The notes under the pieces were generated by a model. The model saw only the letters and a program-made list of their open reading frames with translations. It ran no database searches and was not told where the DNA came from. Made by a program: the position numbers and the translations under genes. A DNA stretch of 63,947 nt, counting the filler, from Octopus bimaculoides (taxonomy: Eukaryota), in assembly GCF_001194135.2 (NCBI RefSeq). It is 6 parts of 6 records of this genome, joined end to end, with 100 filler letters (N's around TTAATTAATTAA, not from the genome) between each part and the next. Parts side by side here need not be neighbours in the genome. Positions count along the whole stretch, not along the records: positions 1 to 30,546 come from NC_068997.1; positions 30,647 to 45,876 come from NC_068983.1; 4 more parts are not named here. The stretch is one strand, 5' to 3'. Every line of letters starts with the position of its first letter. Position 1 is the stretch's first letter. Positions 24,524 to 38,500 of this stretch are shown here, piece after piece.

Positions 24524-25707
24524 TTGGGTTGGCAACTAAGTTCCCGCCGTTTTTTTTTCAATTTAAATTTTTTTAAAGGTTTAATGAAAAATAACAACTA
24601 ATTTATCAATAATGTATTCACCCTTGTTGTTTAGAACTTCTTCCCAACATTCAACAAGATTTTTAATGCCTCGTTGGTAGAAATCATCCGATTTCGACTC
24701 GAAAACTTGATCCAACCAAGCTCTCAATTCTACATCAGTATTGGACGAAACTCCACGCATAGCATTTGAAAGAGATCGAAAGAGGTGGAAATCCGTTGGT
24801 GCCAAATCGGGAGAGTACGGCGAGTGTGGCAGCACACCCCAGCCATGCGTTTGAATGGCTTCCATGGTCGTATTGGCGATATGAGTGCGGGCGTTGTCGT
24901 GCAGCAGAAGAACTCCATGCTGCCGATTAGGTCTTTTTTCTTGAATAGCCGTGTTGATTCGTTCCATCTGTTGAACATAGAGTTCTGCGTTGACCGTTTG
25001 GATCCACTCAAGCAATTCGTAATGGATAATCCCTTCCCAGTCCCACCATACGCACAACATCGCTTTACGCGGATGAAGATCTTGTTTCACGCGCGGTGTC
25101 GCTTGTTTACTGGGGCTAAGCCATTCCTTACACTGCTTCCTATTGATGTACAGGCACCATTTTTCGTCGCCAGTAACGATTCGGTAACGAAATCGTTGCT
25201 TGTGTCCATGAGTTGAGCGGTGATGAACAAGCAAACCAGCGGAGATTGTGGCTCGTTGAGTTTTGTTGTTGTTACTTAAAGCATGCGGAAATCATGCTTC
25301 AAACTTCTGAACCTTCCCCGTCGAGTGAAGATGCTTCTCTATAGCAGTGTTGGAGTATTCCATTTTCTCTGCCACTTCCCTTGTCGTTTGACGAGAATTT
25401 TCGTGCAAAGGTTGGTTTAATCGCTCTTCATCAAACTCAACTGGACGGCCAGAACGAGGTGCGTCTTTGAGGTCTAAATTTCCATTTTGAACTTGGCATA
25501 CCAATCACGAGCGGTTCTTTCAGCTATGGCACCCTCTCTATACATAGCACAATTGTCGTGAGCAGCTTTTGCGGCCATAGAACCTTGATTAAAAGCAAAA
25601 AGAAGGTTGTATCGAAAATGCTCGTTTTTCTTAACTTGACATTCCATTATAATGATCTGAAAATAAAAAAAATTAAAATAACTAAAATTAACTACAAGGA
25701 AAGCAAA
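24524..25707 (-). mobile_element. Mariner transposon (DD34D, mellifera-like TIR); frameshifted N-terminus, intact catalytic frame, one end in a gap
   Basis: ORF 24581-25234 with VTGDEKW, HDNAR, YSPDLAPTD (34-residue spacing counted); N-terminal pieces MECQVKKNEHFR and SGRPVEFDEERL; TIR ttgggttggcaactaagt. Confidence 0.95.
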
Positions 25708-26013
25708 NNNNNNNNNNNNNNNNNNNNNNNNNNNNNNNNNNNNNNNNNNNNNNNNNNNNNNNNNNNNNNNNNNNNNNNNNNNNNNNNNNNNNNNNNNNNN
25801 NNNNNNNNNNNNNNNNNNNNNNNNNNNNNNNNNNNNNNNNNNNNNNNNNNNNNNNNNNNNNNNNNNNNNNNNNNNNNNNNNNNNNNNNNNNNNNNNNNNN
25901 NNNNNNNNNNNNNNNNNNNNNNNNNNNNNNNNNNNNNNNNNNNNNNNNNNNNNNNNNNNNNNNNNNNNNNNNNNNNNNNNNNNNNNNNNNNNNNNNNNNN
26001 NNNNNNNNNNNNN

Positions 26014-26047
<34 letters not shown>

Positions 26048-26429
26048 TAAAAGAAGGAAAATACACACACCTTACATAGTTTTGATATATTTCTCAATAT
26101 ACTTCATATCGTGTTTGTCGACCAGTTTCGGTTTCGCTAATCATAACATTGAAATTATTCTAATTTCGTATTTTCTGAAGAAGATTTTAGTCTATTTTGT
26201 GCGTAGAGAAGTTTACTAATGAATGATTCAACAAGTAGAAAAATGTAAGGTGGGATAATTGGTGATTGTTATTATTGGGGGCAGGGGAAATAACTGTTCA
26301 TCTTTTGGGGAGGGGATAAAAATACGCAAAAAAAACTCAAAAGCTAAAGTAGTGAGAAGAAATAAGTAGTGATTGGCATGTGATCATGAATTAAAATATA
26401 TACTGAAATCAAAATTGGTTATGCGGTCA

Positions 26430-27650
26430 TATTTAGACGTGTTCTGTATTTTTCGATAAACAAATTTTCTTTATTGAAACGTACTTGCATAGACATTGTG
26501 CCTTTGCATTCTTAGATGAGGAAAAATGTGACGTTTGATTAGATATTACCCACACATCTCTCTATGGGTTTACTCAAAGGAATCTGTCTGTATTGCGGGA
26601 ACGAGATCTGCTTTTTATGTAGTGTAGTTCTCCGTCTTACTGTCATACTTGTCTGTCCCATGTAATTATTTCCACAATATAACTAAGTCATTGCATAAAT
26701 TATATTCTCTGAAGAACATGTGAAGTTGATTTCAATTGTGCATCTCTCGCCTCGTTTGAATAGAAATTCCGTGTCTTCCAATATGTTGGGCATGTCCCAC
26801 AATTTGGGCGTCCGCAGTTTTTACCCGTTCGGTTCAGGGATGTTGTGTAAAGCTTCACATTTGTTAAGAGTCTTTTTAGTCATTTGTGTTGCTTTTTGCA
26901 TTTGATAAATTTATGTGCGCACAGGCAGATTTTATACAACAGTGTTGTATGCCTCATTGCTTCAAGGGTTGTGAGTTGATATATCCAGCGTTGTTTTTAG
27001 ATAAAAATGTGGTGCTACGTTTTCTTGCCCTTAAATTTCTAATGACTACTTTCTTATCACGCTTAATTCCATCGCCTATAAGTGAGGGCAGATATCGTCT
27101 TTCAGTTAGTGTTGTTCTGAATTCGTGAATACGAAAGTCCCGAGTATTTCTAACAGACACTGTTGTACAAATCCTTTTTGCTAAATTAAAGAGGCTATTT
27201 CTTTTGATGTGTTTCGGGTGGCATGAGCTAAACCGGAGATATTGCTTCGAGTTCGTTGGTTTATGATAAATGTCAGTCATAATCTGGTTGTTGACATTTT
27301 TGTCATAATATCCAAGACAGGGAGCTGTTTTCTGCTATATTCTATTGTGAATTGAATGTTAGGATTTATATCATTTAGTATTGCATTGAATTCCAAAAGT
27401 CTATCAATGTTCTCCTTCCAAATGATAAAGCATTCATCCAGGTATCTTTTCCAGTTCTCTCTTATAGAATGGTGAAATGGATATCTATACTTTGGCAGTG
27501 ACAACTTCATATATGAAATCAAAATAAAGCATTATTAGGTTCCCTAAAACAAGGGCTGCTTTCGTTCCCATAGCAGTTCCACGTTTTTGACAATAATAGG
27601 TATCATCAAATAGGAAATAATTGTTCTGATGTAGAAAATCTTCTGAAGAA
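26430..27650 (-). mobile_element. Penelope-like retroelement RT and GIY-YIG remnant
   Basis: YYCQKRGTAMGTK, WKRYLDECFIIW, TDIYHKPTNSKQYLRFSSCHPKH, CSSENIIYAMT...NYMGQT, KENLFIEKY. Confidence 0.9.
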
Positions 27651-28678
27651 AACACAAAATTACAATAATTTCAATGTCATTATTAGCGAAGCGAAACTGG
27701 TCGACAAACACAATATAAAATATATTGGAAATATATTAAAACTGTGTAAAGTGTGTGCATTTTCCTTCTTTCATTTTATACGTCATCAATAGTTAAGACA
27801 GACTTTTGAGCATTTAGTTGACTGAACCTCCTGGGTCCAGATAACATATAAGTGTTAATTCTTTGTGTTTTATATTACCCTTTAAACAGTTTTATAGTTA
27901 GCCTTGATCGTAACAAGGTTGTTATAATAATTGTTAATTACAGGTGTTCTTTATTAGTTTCTATTTATATAGATTTTATAAGTTACTGTTATAAGAGTAA
28001 CATTAAAGCATGTAAGGATAACGAATATCTAATATGTATGTAGTGCTTTAATTATTAACTTTTGGATCATGAAATAGTGTGATTCATTCAGAATTAGTTA
28101 TATTATTAGTAAAGTTCAATCGAGTTTGTTTTGTTTTGGAGAGAATAGAATATAAAGCTTTAACTTTTAAATTAATAACTGTGGACGACTGGTGGGAATA
28201 TTATCTGTATGGACTTAAATGATTGGTTACTATTTAGTTGTATAATTTAGAAGTTAGTTATAGGTCTACTTATTGAATTTATTTACCGATGCTGTTGTAC
28301 ATAGGGTAAATGTATTTCTTCGTTGTAGTTTAATAAATTATGTGAGTGTTTAATCATTCCTAGAATTAAGATTGAATAAATGTGGTGATATCTAAGATAA
28401 GCTTGTGCCCAAACAACACTTATTTTAGTGCTGTTGACACCGCCGGATTCAATGGTACTCCCCAGGTGTCGAAACTATAGTGATATCCGTGGGGCAGCTG
28501 ATGACGAAGGTATGTTGGATTGTTGGCATGGCTGTTATTATATGTGCGAAATAGTTTTATAACACATCCATTTGATATATATACATACATATACGTGCAT
28601 GCGTTCATACATACGTATACATAGATATATTTACATATATACACATATGCATATGTGTGTGTGAGAGAGATTAAGTGA

Positions 28679-28875
28679 AAGAGTGAGTGAGTGAGTGAGT
28701 GAGTGAGTGAGTGGCTGGGTGAGTGAGTGAGTGAGTGAGTGAGTGAGTGAGTGAGCGAGAGNNNNNNNNNNAGTGAGTGAGTGAGTGAGTGAGTGAGTGA
28801 GTGAGTGAGTGAGTGGCTGGGTGAGTGAGTGAGTGAGTGAGTGAGTGAGTGAGTGAGCGAGAGAGTGAGTGAGTG
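28679..28875. repeat. (GAGT)n satellite
   Basis: Direct inspection; near-duplicated around a 10-N gap. Confidence 0.95.
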
Positions 28876-29505
28876 AGAGAGAGGACATGTTGCCTATATA
28901 TTAGTGTGTTGCACTCATCGCGAGATCGTGGATTCGTTTCCCTGATCGGGTGTTATATCCATGTACAAAAACATTTCATTTTGCATTGTTATCACTTCGA
29001 CACTTCACTCGTGGCACACCATGCACCTGTGCTGTTAATGTCGATTTGATGGTAGTGAGCTAATGACAAATCATATGTGCAGGTTGTTTAGCAAAAGATC
29101 ACAGAATCCTCAATTGCTGTCAACGACAGAAAAGTTCACCGAGACTATTTTGGACAGGAAGATATCTAGGAACCGGCGAACAAAGACACTGGTAAAGATA
29201 CTTGTAACAAAATAGACTCTGATAAAGGTACCCTAGAACCTGATGATGGTGTGAAACCGGCTACCTTATTATGACAACCATCCAAGTAGAAATTGTGGCA
29301 TATAAAATCAGATGAAGAGTCACAGCATGTACTGCATCGCATGCCGTCCGATGTTCCAGCGACGGTGCTTGCTCATCATCGTAATTAGTAGAATATTTAT
29401 CGCCCACTCCCAGCAGCAACGTTCAGAAGCAAAATTAGGGTATCTATACATATGTGTCTGTGTATCCTTTAGTGTGTATGAAATATATCTGCAGACGCAG
29501 ATAGT

Positions 29506-29712
29506 CTTTTACTCTTTTATTTGTTTCATTTACTTGACTGCGGCCATGCTGGACCACCGCCTTTAGTCGAACAAATCGTCCCCAGGTGTTATTCTTTGTA
29601 AGTCTGGTACTTATTCTACCGGACTATTTTGCCGAATCGCCAAGTTAAGCGGACGTAAACACACTAGCGTCGGTTGTCAAGCGATGGTGAGGGGACAAAC
29701 ACAGATACACAA

Positions 29713-29757
<45 letters not shown>

Positions 29758-30155
29758 NNNNNNNNNNNNNNNNNNNNNNNNNNNNNNNNNNNNNNNNNNN
29801 NNNNNNNNNNNNNNNNNNNNNNNNNNNNNNNNNNNNNNNNNNNNNNNNNNNNNNNNNNNNNNNNNNNNNNNNNNNNNNNNNNNNNNNNNNNNNNNNNNNN
29901 NNNNNNNNNNNNNNNNNNNNNNNNNNNNNNNNNNNNNNNNNNNNNNNNNNNNNNNNNNNNNNNNNNNNNNNTATATATATATATATATATATGAAGGGCT
30001 TCTTTTAGTTTCCTTCTACCAAATACGTTCACAAGGCTTTGGTTGGCCCGAAGCAATAGTAGAAGACATTTTCTCCAAGGTGCCATGCAGTGGGACTCAA
30101 CCCGGAGCCATGTGGCTGGTAACCATGCTACATACCACACAGCCACTCCTGCGCC
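29506..30155 (-). mobile_element. SINE family A, full length, with an assembly gap in its internal microsatellite
   Basis: ccacacagccactcctgcgcc head and gactgcggccatgctgg tail flank CA/N/TA. Confidence 0.9.
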
Positions 30156-30546
30156 TATATATACGCACAGACAAACACACACACATACACACACATACAC
30201 TCACACACACAAACATACACACACACACACACACACACATATATCTGTGGGGGGTGTACGCATATCAATATTTGAATTTTACTGGATTCTCATCATAAGC
30301 TTCTACATCAATTTGGCGAATCTAAGAGAAACAAGCAGGCAATCTGTTTATATACTTAGCAATAACAGCATCTACAGAAAACCGTTTAATTTAATATCAG
30401 GTGTTGCGAACAGGGGACCTCAGTCCACTCAGTATCAAGGTATGATATAACAAATGTAACCTATATACACATACATGCTTACACACATGCATACACACAT
30501 GTTATGTAAACCTCCTCGAGAAATGTGAAGACGCAGGCTGGAAAGC

Positions 30547-30646
30547 NNNNNNNNNNNNNNNNNNNNNNNNNNNNNNNNNNNNNNNNNNNNTTAATTAATT
30601 AANNNNNNNNNNNNNNNNNNNNNNNNNNNNNNNNNNNNNNNNNNNN
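30547..30646. other. Artificial scaffold spacer 44N-TTAATTAATTAA-44N (also 45877-45976, 50087-50186, 52520-52619, 62666-62765)
   Basis: Identical 100-bp construct five times; TTAATTAATTAA places stop codons in all six frames. Confidence 0.97.
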
Positions 30647-30693
<47 letters not shown>

Positions 30694-31106
30694 TATTCGT
30701 TTATTCTTTTATTTGTTTCATTCATTTGACTGGTTAGGTAATGAAACTTTGCTCCAATTTTCAGTTACTATTAACTTTCATCGAGAATTGCAAACATGTG
30801 TAAATATAGACAAATAACTGTTGATAAAAAAAAAATTGTAGGGGAAGTGAATGAATGGACAGGGATGGATTGAGTTACATTGGGTTTAAGACAAAGGAAG
30901 GGTACTAGAAAAAGGAACGGAAAGGTATATGCAGGCTAGAATGTCTAGGGGGCGAAAGGTTGCTTAGCGAACTAGCTTAGGAGGCATATACATACATTCG
31001 CACACACATGCTCGTATATACACTTACACATACATATACACATATACATACACGTACCCACCTACATACATATATTTTTATATACACACGCGAGCGACTA
31101 CACACA

Positions 31107-31141
<35 letters not shown>

Positions 31142-31481
31142 GCATATACATATATGTATATTCACACGCACACACACACACACACATACACACATGCATG
31201 TGCGACCCACATATATACACATAAATGCGAGTACGCATACACCCGCACATATACTGTCTCCTCCTCCTCTCACAGACATGCTTGTATACGTATTTCTACT
31301 CATCTTGTTAAGAAATTATTATTATCTCAACAAACAGTGCGGAGTACCTGAAGTAGATCCAACGGTAATATACCCTGACTGCGGATGACACCAGGTAGCC
31401 CAAACTGTGCCAGTGCTCTGTTCAACACTTCAACACATTAATCGACATATACCTATTAGACCAAAATATTAAATATATATA

Positions 31482-32808
31482 CAGGGTGGGGTAGAGATGA
31501 CGGATCTTTCTGAAAAGTTCACAAAATCATTAATTTTAGCAGAAAACAAATTTTATTGACATCAATGTGTTCGTATTGATTTAGTATTTATCAAAATCAA
31601 GTGTAGAAAGCAACATACATCATGTGGTGTCCGTTTTCATTGATGCGTTTCTGAAAGCGTTCTTGGAAGTTGGCCTCCACTCTCCCCAGCATTTCTCTGT
31701 CGATTTGGGATTCCACGTGAATAGCTTCCTTCAAATTGCCCAGTGTACGAGGCTTATGCGCATACACACTTGCCTTGAGATTTCCCCACAAGAAATAATC
31801 ACACATGGACAAATCAGGGGGCCGAGGGGGTCAAGGGATATCAGAAAACCTGGAGTCACTGAAATGAGGGCGAAGAGCGTCCATCGATGCTCTGGCTGTG
31901 TGCGCCGTCACCCCATCCCGCTGAAACCACACACGTCGAATAGGCATACGTTTTCGTCGCAATTCAGGCACAAAGTTATTTATCATCTCAATGTAACGCT
32001 CGGAGTTCACAGTAACAGCATTTCCGTTATTGTCTTAAAAAAAGTAAGGACCAATGACGGCAGCTTTTCCAACAGCACACTTTTGGGCTGTGCAGTGGTC
32101 TTTCGTGCAGTTCTCTCGGATTTTCAAGATCCCAATAACGACAGTTCTATCGATTCATCATACCATTGAGATGAAAATGAGCTTCATCACTCAAAAAAAA
32201 AAAAAAAAAAAAAAATGAGGTTGTCATTTGCCTCAAAGATTGCTTCCATCTGACGTGCGAAGTGAAGCCGCTGTGTATCGTCTCATGGTTTTAGCTGTTG
32301 CCCAATGATCAATTTATACGACTGGAAATGCAGGCTTTCGTGCAAAATACGCTTTACCGATCGATTACCGACACCAGGTTCAGTGGAATGCCTCTGAGCA
32401 GCGCGAAACGGACTCCGTATCAAAGCTTGACTGACGCGTTCCACATTTTCCGGGGTCTGTACCATTCGTAGCGCCTCCACCAATCTCCTGTTCATTAGTG
32501 TACTTCGTGTACGATGTGCATTCACCCAACGTAAGAGTGAGTTACTGGTAAGAACAGCCTGATTTTGGTGAATGCTGAAGTGGCACTGAAACTCACGTTG
32601 AACTGCTGTGACAGACTCGTTATTCTTCACGTAACTGTCGTAGGCAAATACGCGATGCTCTATCATCCATAGCGCCATGGCTTCACTTGAAAAGAAAAGA
32701 AAATGCTAAGACAGCAAGGACCGAATGGTACCTGTCGGACACATATCCCTCCCATTGGGGCTGAATAATAGCCATTTCAAAAATGTCCGTCCTCTCTGCC
32801 CCACCCTG
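31482..32808 (-). mobile_element. Tc1/mariner rosa/DD41D-like transposon, complete ends, degenerate ORF
   Basis: TIRs cagggtggggtagagatgacgga / cagggtggggcagagaggacgga with TA TSDs; N-terminal HTH ORF 32283-32678; SDEAHFHL, WFQRDGVTAHT, PPDLSMCDYFLWGNLK. Confidence 0.92.
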
Positions 32809-32821
32809 TATATATACATAC

Positions 32822-33030
32822 ACGAAGGGATGCTGAAAAGTTCCTTGCTTTAAGGGTATCGCGAAAGGCTTGATTGGTGGCCCAACTTTCCGAGTTCTTT
32901 TACACGGCTTAGAAAAACTGAAGAACTGCTGCAATAAGCGTGTGGATCTGAGAGTGGAATATGTTGAATAAAATTATAATTAACTGATCCTCCTGTATAG
33001 CGAAAGCCACGGACTTTTCAGCACCCTCGC
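32822..33030 (+). mobile_element. Mariner-derived MITE
   Basis: gggatgctgaaaagttcc ... ggacttttcagcaccctc inverted termini; internal transposase C-terminus-like CVDLRVEYVE*. Confidence 0.8.
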
Positions 33031-33275
33031 GTATGTATGAACAAATTATGACAACACGTGTAAGTAAACGTATATATGTATTTACAATATATATGCATAT
33101 ATGTGTGCATAATTATATATGTAAAAATGTATATGCATACATAATATGGAAAAACTACATAAATATGCTGATTAAATCCATGAAAATATATATGTATATG
33201 TGCAGATTAGCATGTCTTGCTTTATGTATGTATTATCATGCATATAGTTGCATATCTAGACATGTTCATATATAT

Positions 33276-33578
33276 TTAAATGCTAAACGTCTGGAAACGT
33301 TTACAGATTTTTACAGTTCCAGTGGGGGAATGGATCTGTAGTCTTTGAATTAGCTTTCTCTTTTCGGGTTTTGGGAAGCCTAATTTCTCAAGATATGTTT
33401 TTAGGCAGTGTGTTACATATCCCAGGGTCCCAATAATTACAGGTATAAACCTGAACGTGTAATCTGGATAGAGTAACTGCACATTTCTCAATAGTTCAGC
33501 GTAGGTATTTTCTTTTTCACTGATCTTCAGTTTTATGTTAACATCCGCTGGGCAGCTAATTTCCACAACTATGCACAG
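33276..33578 (-). mobile_element. R4/Dong-like LINE 3' end (restriction-like endonuclease region)
   Basis: CIVVEISCPADVNIKLKISEKENTYAELL...FIPVIIGTLG...GTVKICKRF; second copy at 47482-47880. Confidence 0.8.
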
Positions 33579-33611
<33 letters not shown>

Positions 33612-34409
33612 GCAAGTATGCGTGTGTGTGAAAATATTTATATGCAAATTGAAATGAAAAAGAAAATGTAATTTCAAAATAAATATGTCGTTTTAACAAA
33701 TTATCGAAACGATCCAGTAAAAATAATAAATAACGGTAAGGTTGAGGGAAGCAACGGTACTCTCGTGAGAGCTAAGCGGGAGAAGTTATCACGTTATAAA
33801 CAAGCATATTGTTGTCATGATGTAAGTGGTAAATAGAAAACGTAACAATTAAGGCTTGCTTCAAAACAAATGTAGAAGTATTTCTCTTGTGTATGATTGC
33901 GGAGCGTGTTGAAAATGGATTAAATGTTGAATTTAAAAGTGTGTAAAGGAAAAAAGTGTGTAAAGGAAATAAGTGTGTCTGAGAGTTCGAGGCGGGGAAG
34001 CGCATAAAAAAATATCAAAATACAGGATTCTCCTCCTATCTTCCTTTCTATTTGCTTCGTTGTCTGTTTATTAAACTTTATATTTTTCTATAAGTTTATG
34101 CATATACCTCTACATATTCATGTATATTGATAATTTTTCTATATATTCTTGTATATTGATAAAATATATATATATACATATAGAGCGTAGAATGCAAAGA
34201 AGAAGTGTAGTACCTTACTCTGAGAGGAAGTTGCTTTCCTTCGGGAGTTGACCAGGATCCTTTTTGTTTCTCACTCCTGCATCTAACACATGTATGCCTC
34301 CACAGATGCTGCCGTGTACGGTAGAAGCCTTGGGATGCCGCAGTGTCCAAGATAGTATAGATTCAACAGCAAGGACGTCATCCGAGACATATCTGAAATT
34401 TTGCAAGAG

Positions 34410-34640
34410 GAGTTTTAGAGCAGACACTAGAAATCTGAGAACTTTGAATAAAGAAGGAAATCCAGGAAGCTGATACCCTTAATACAGATATTTTAGGTAT
34501 ATCAGAGACAAAATGGACTGAGAACAGCTACATCCATATAGAAAATTATGATTTCCTACAACCAGGAGGTGAAAAACATGACTATAAAAAGATAAGAAAA
34601 TTTGTACTGGGATGCTGGCTTCTTAATGAATGAATTATAC
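34410..34640 (+). mobile_element. RTE-like LINE AP-endonuclease N-terminal remnant
   Basis: TRNLRTLNKEG, DILGISETKW, (G)AGFLMN motifs. Confidence 0.6.
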
Positions 34641-34712
34641 TGATGAAAATAAGGGCAAAGCCTCTATTATATCCATTTTACAAGTCTATGTACCCACAAC
34701 TGCATATTCTGG

Positions 34713-34756
<44 letters not shown>

Positions 34757-35636
34757 AATATAGCACCACACATGCATATTAACCCATACAATATACATGT
34801 ATATATGTATACATGTATGTATGTGTGTATGTATGTATGTATGCATGTATATGTGTGTGTGTGTGTGTGTTTATGTGCATGTATGTATAAGTTACTAATC
34901 CTTATAAGTAGTAGTATGGTGGAAATAAATAAAGTTGAAAATGCACCGAGTGTATAAGATGATTTATTTATACTAATACAATACACGGCCCCAAAACTAC
35001 AAAAACATGCAATATTGTCCATCAAAGCATTCCATTCTCAAGACAAGACCCAAAAATGGAAAATTCGAAATACATGTAAATGATAAAAAACAAAAGTAAG
35101 CCAAAACACCCAAAATTTTACTTAGCACCAAATTACCCACTGAAACAATAACTGCAAGGATTGACAAAAAAACTGCAGGACCTGAATCAGCTTCGTATAG
35201 GACATATCTAAGAAATTATATAAAGTAATAACGTCCAGCTGTTCTCGGTACTGTCACACGACATATACAGTAAAGTAACACAGCTTTAACTTTTAGTACA
35301 ATTAGTATGTTCATTCAATCACATGACCCTAACACGCTAGTACTACGCAGAGCTAATCGAATTCTCAAACTGATCTCATGACTATCATCAATCAATCAAG
35401 CTTTGTCTTAACTGATAACAAATTTAGCCATAATCACTTCATAAATAAGATCAAATTTTCAGACTCCGATCAAAATCAAGAAAAATAACGATTAATCCCA
35501 GATCACTCTGTCCCACTGTACTTTGGTGTCTATCTCGCAATACTTTTGAAAATTAAGAAATCGTGGAACGAATTGATTTAAATAAATCTTCTTTAAGACT
35601 TCAAGTGCATTTTTACTCCTTCTCTCTTTCCCTCTG

Positions 35637-35682
<46 letters not shown>

Positions 35683-35980
35683 GCCTTTCTCTCTTTCTCC
35701 CTCCTCTCCTCTCTCTATATGTATGTCTTGGTGTGTGTGTGTGTGCGTGCGCGCGCCTGTGTATGAAGATAAAACAAGTACTTTTAAAGATATGAAAAAC
35801 AAAGAACATTGGCTAAATAAAGGATTCAGTCAATGCGCTTTGTTTTTTAGGTATAATAAATGTACTCTGTATTATGATAAATATATTCTGAATATGTTTT
35901 ATTCTGAGTAAATTTATTGTAATAGTTTGGATAGATACGCCTTTATTTGTAAAACTTCGAAGTCACTTGTCAACTAAATA

Positions 35981-36011
<31 letters not shown>

Positions 36012-36190
36012 TGTATGTGTGTGTGTGTGTATGCATGTGTTAAATGTGTGTTACAGCAGACTTCCCTTTTTAGATACGTGAAGTGCATATTAATGTTGGA
36101 GGGATATCCGATTTATAAAATACTGTCTGATGTTCAGTACTGAATTCTGTTCTGTTCCCGAAGAGAAAACTCGGAGTTTATTATTATCAC

Positions 36191-36238
<48 letters not shown>

Positions 36239-36272
36239 CAGTAGTAGTAGAAGCAGCAGCAGCAGCAACAGC

Positions 36273-36329
<57 letters not shown>

Positions 36330-36331
36330 TA
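36191..36331. repeat. (TAG)n/(CAG)n trinucleotide repeat
   Basis: Direct inspection. Confidence 0.97.
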
Positions 36332-36779
36332 TAATTAGAAGACGTTGTAATGCTAAATAAAAGTATTCAGATAATCTTTGAGGAATCGAGATTTTTAGAA
36401 TATCAAAGTGTGCATTGTGGTCTGGAAAATGACAACTATCTAATTCCTCCATTGAGGCTTCTGTAAACCTCTCTGATTGTCCACCTACACAATGTAACTG
36501 TCGCTTTCTGCAACCGCGCTTCAGTCAATATGTCTGATAACTAAATTGAATGAAAGTTAGAGTAAAAGGTTCTGTTATTCTCTTCCATTCAAATAAATAA
36601 AGCGAAAATTTAAAAATACAGTGTTTATGGACGTTTGTTGACTTGCAATGTAATTCATCACAGTCTGTTAAAATATACGAGATTCTGCATGAATGGCTAG
36701 TTTAGTGAAGGTGGGAGGAAGGAAACATAAGATATTGAGGTGAAGGGGTGAATGGCAAAAGAGATGGATAAATGTTGGA

Positions 36780-36842
36780 AGGTTGGAGAGAAAGCAAGCT
36801 AGAGAGAGAGAGGGAGGAAGCGTATTAGAGGAAGGAGTATGC

Positions 36843-36893
<51 letters not shown>

Positions 36894-37260
36894 CGAAAGA
36901 AAGAGAGAATGGAATGGATGTATATGAAAACAAGTAAAGAGAAAAAAAGCTGTCAAGATATAAGGAAAAGAGAGAAGAGATATGAGGAGATACAATAGAT
37001 TATGAATACATGAGGGAGCAAGACAAACGAGGAGAAGAAACAAAACAAAAAAAAGAGAAGTTGTGAGACGTGGGTAAGATTGATCATGTACATATGAGAG
37101 GATGTGTGCATATGTGAAAGAGAGATACAATGAAAAATTAGCTGATTAGATGACAAAAAGTAAGGGAGAAAATGGGAGATGAAGGAACATTTAAGAAGTG
37201 AGAGAAACAGTATGAGAGATGCAACAAGAGAACAAAAAAGAAAAAGAAAGCGCGATGGAC

Positions 37261-37348
<88 letters not shown>

Positions 37349-37641
37349 NNNNNNNNNNGAGAAAGAGAGAGAGAGGCAGACTGACAGACAGAAAGAGAGA
37401 TACAGGCAGACTGACAGACAGAAAGCGAGAGAGATATGGAAAGAGAAGGAGAACAAGAAAGAAAACCAAAAGCAAAGATTTTTGATACAGAATGATGCTA
37501 AATGGGAGAGAGATGTGTGAGAGGAAAACATTAAAACTACTTGAAAAGGAAACAATAAAATACGAAGAGATTAAATAAGATATATATGTATAATTATATA
37601 ACGCATACATATATATTACATATATATTTTACATATACACA

Positions 37642-37687
<46 letters not shown>

Positions 37688-37830
37688 CACATACACATAT
37701 CTATGCATGCGTATGTGTGCGTATACGCGCACACACACAAACACACATCTATATATGCATATACGCACAGACACACACACATGCGCACAGAGATAGAGAA
37801 AGAGAAAGAAAGAAGAAAAATAAAAGAAAG

Positions 37831-37866
<36 letters not shown>

Positions 37867-38177
37867 CTCTCTTTGTTCATTATTTTCTCGACTATCAGTA
37901 TCTTTTTTTTTTGTTCTCCCTCTGTGCTCTTTCTGATTCTTTATTCGTTTTTCTATCGTTACACCTCTGTATATAAGTTCACCAATTCATCCTTTGTGAC
38001 CTCTCTCTCTTTCTTTCTTTCTTTCTTTCTCTTTCTTTCTTTCTTTTTTCTCTTTCTCTCTCTCTTTCCCCTCCTTCACCACCCTTCTTTCTCCTTTATT
38101 TCTTCTTGATTTATCGTCCTTCTCAAAATTTAATCGTCACCAATATCTCAGAAGCTGTCTGTTTATCTCTCTCACTC

Positions 38178-38226
<49 letters not shown>

Positions 38227-38500
38227 TTATCTATATATCATTCTCTCCTTTCTGTCGCTGTCTTTACACACACATACACACACGCGCGGGCGCACACATA
38301 CATATGTGCGGGAATATAGATATCCCACCCCTTTCTTCCATCAAAACTCGCTTCTTTTTCCCCTCTCCTCATCGCATTACACAACACTATTCCATTACCA
38401 CCTCACTCTTCCCACTCATTCCTCTCTCTTCTCTCACTCTCTCCCTTTCTCTCTTCCTCTCCCCCCTCTCTCTCTCTCTCTCTCTGCTTATTTCTATTTC
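36780..38500. repeat. Purine/pyrimidine low-complexity tract: (GA)n, (GATA)n, (CT)n, (CTTT)n
   Basis: Direct inspection; strand bias flips near 37870. Confidence 0.9.

Noticed and set aside
28679-28875. Apparent tandem duplication of a GAGT satellite block
   Set aside because: The copies flank a 10-N gap; likely unmerged contig overlap
36090-36452. Thr/Ala-rich mucin-like ORF
   Set aside because: Product of the (TAG)n/(CAG)n repeat; no splice or domain support
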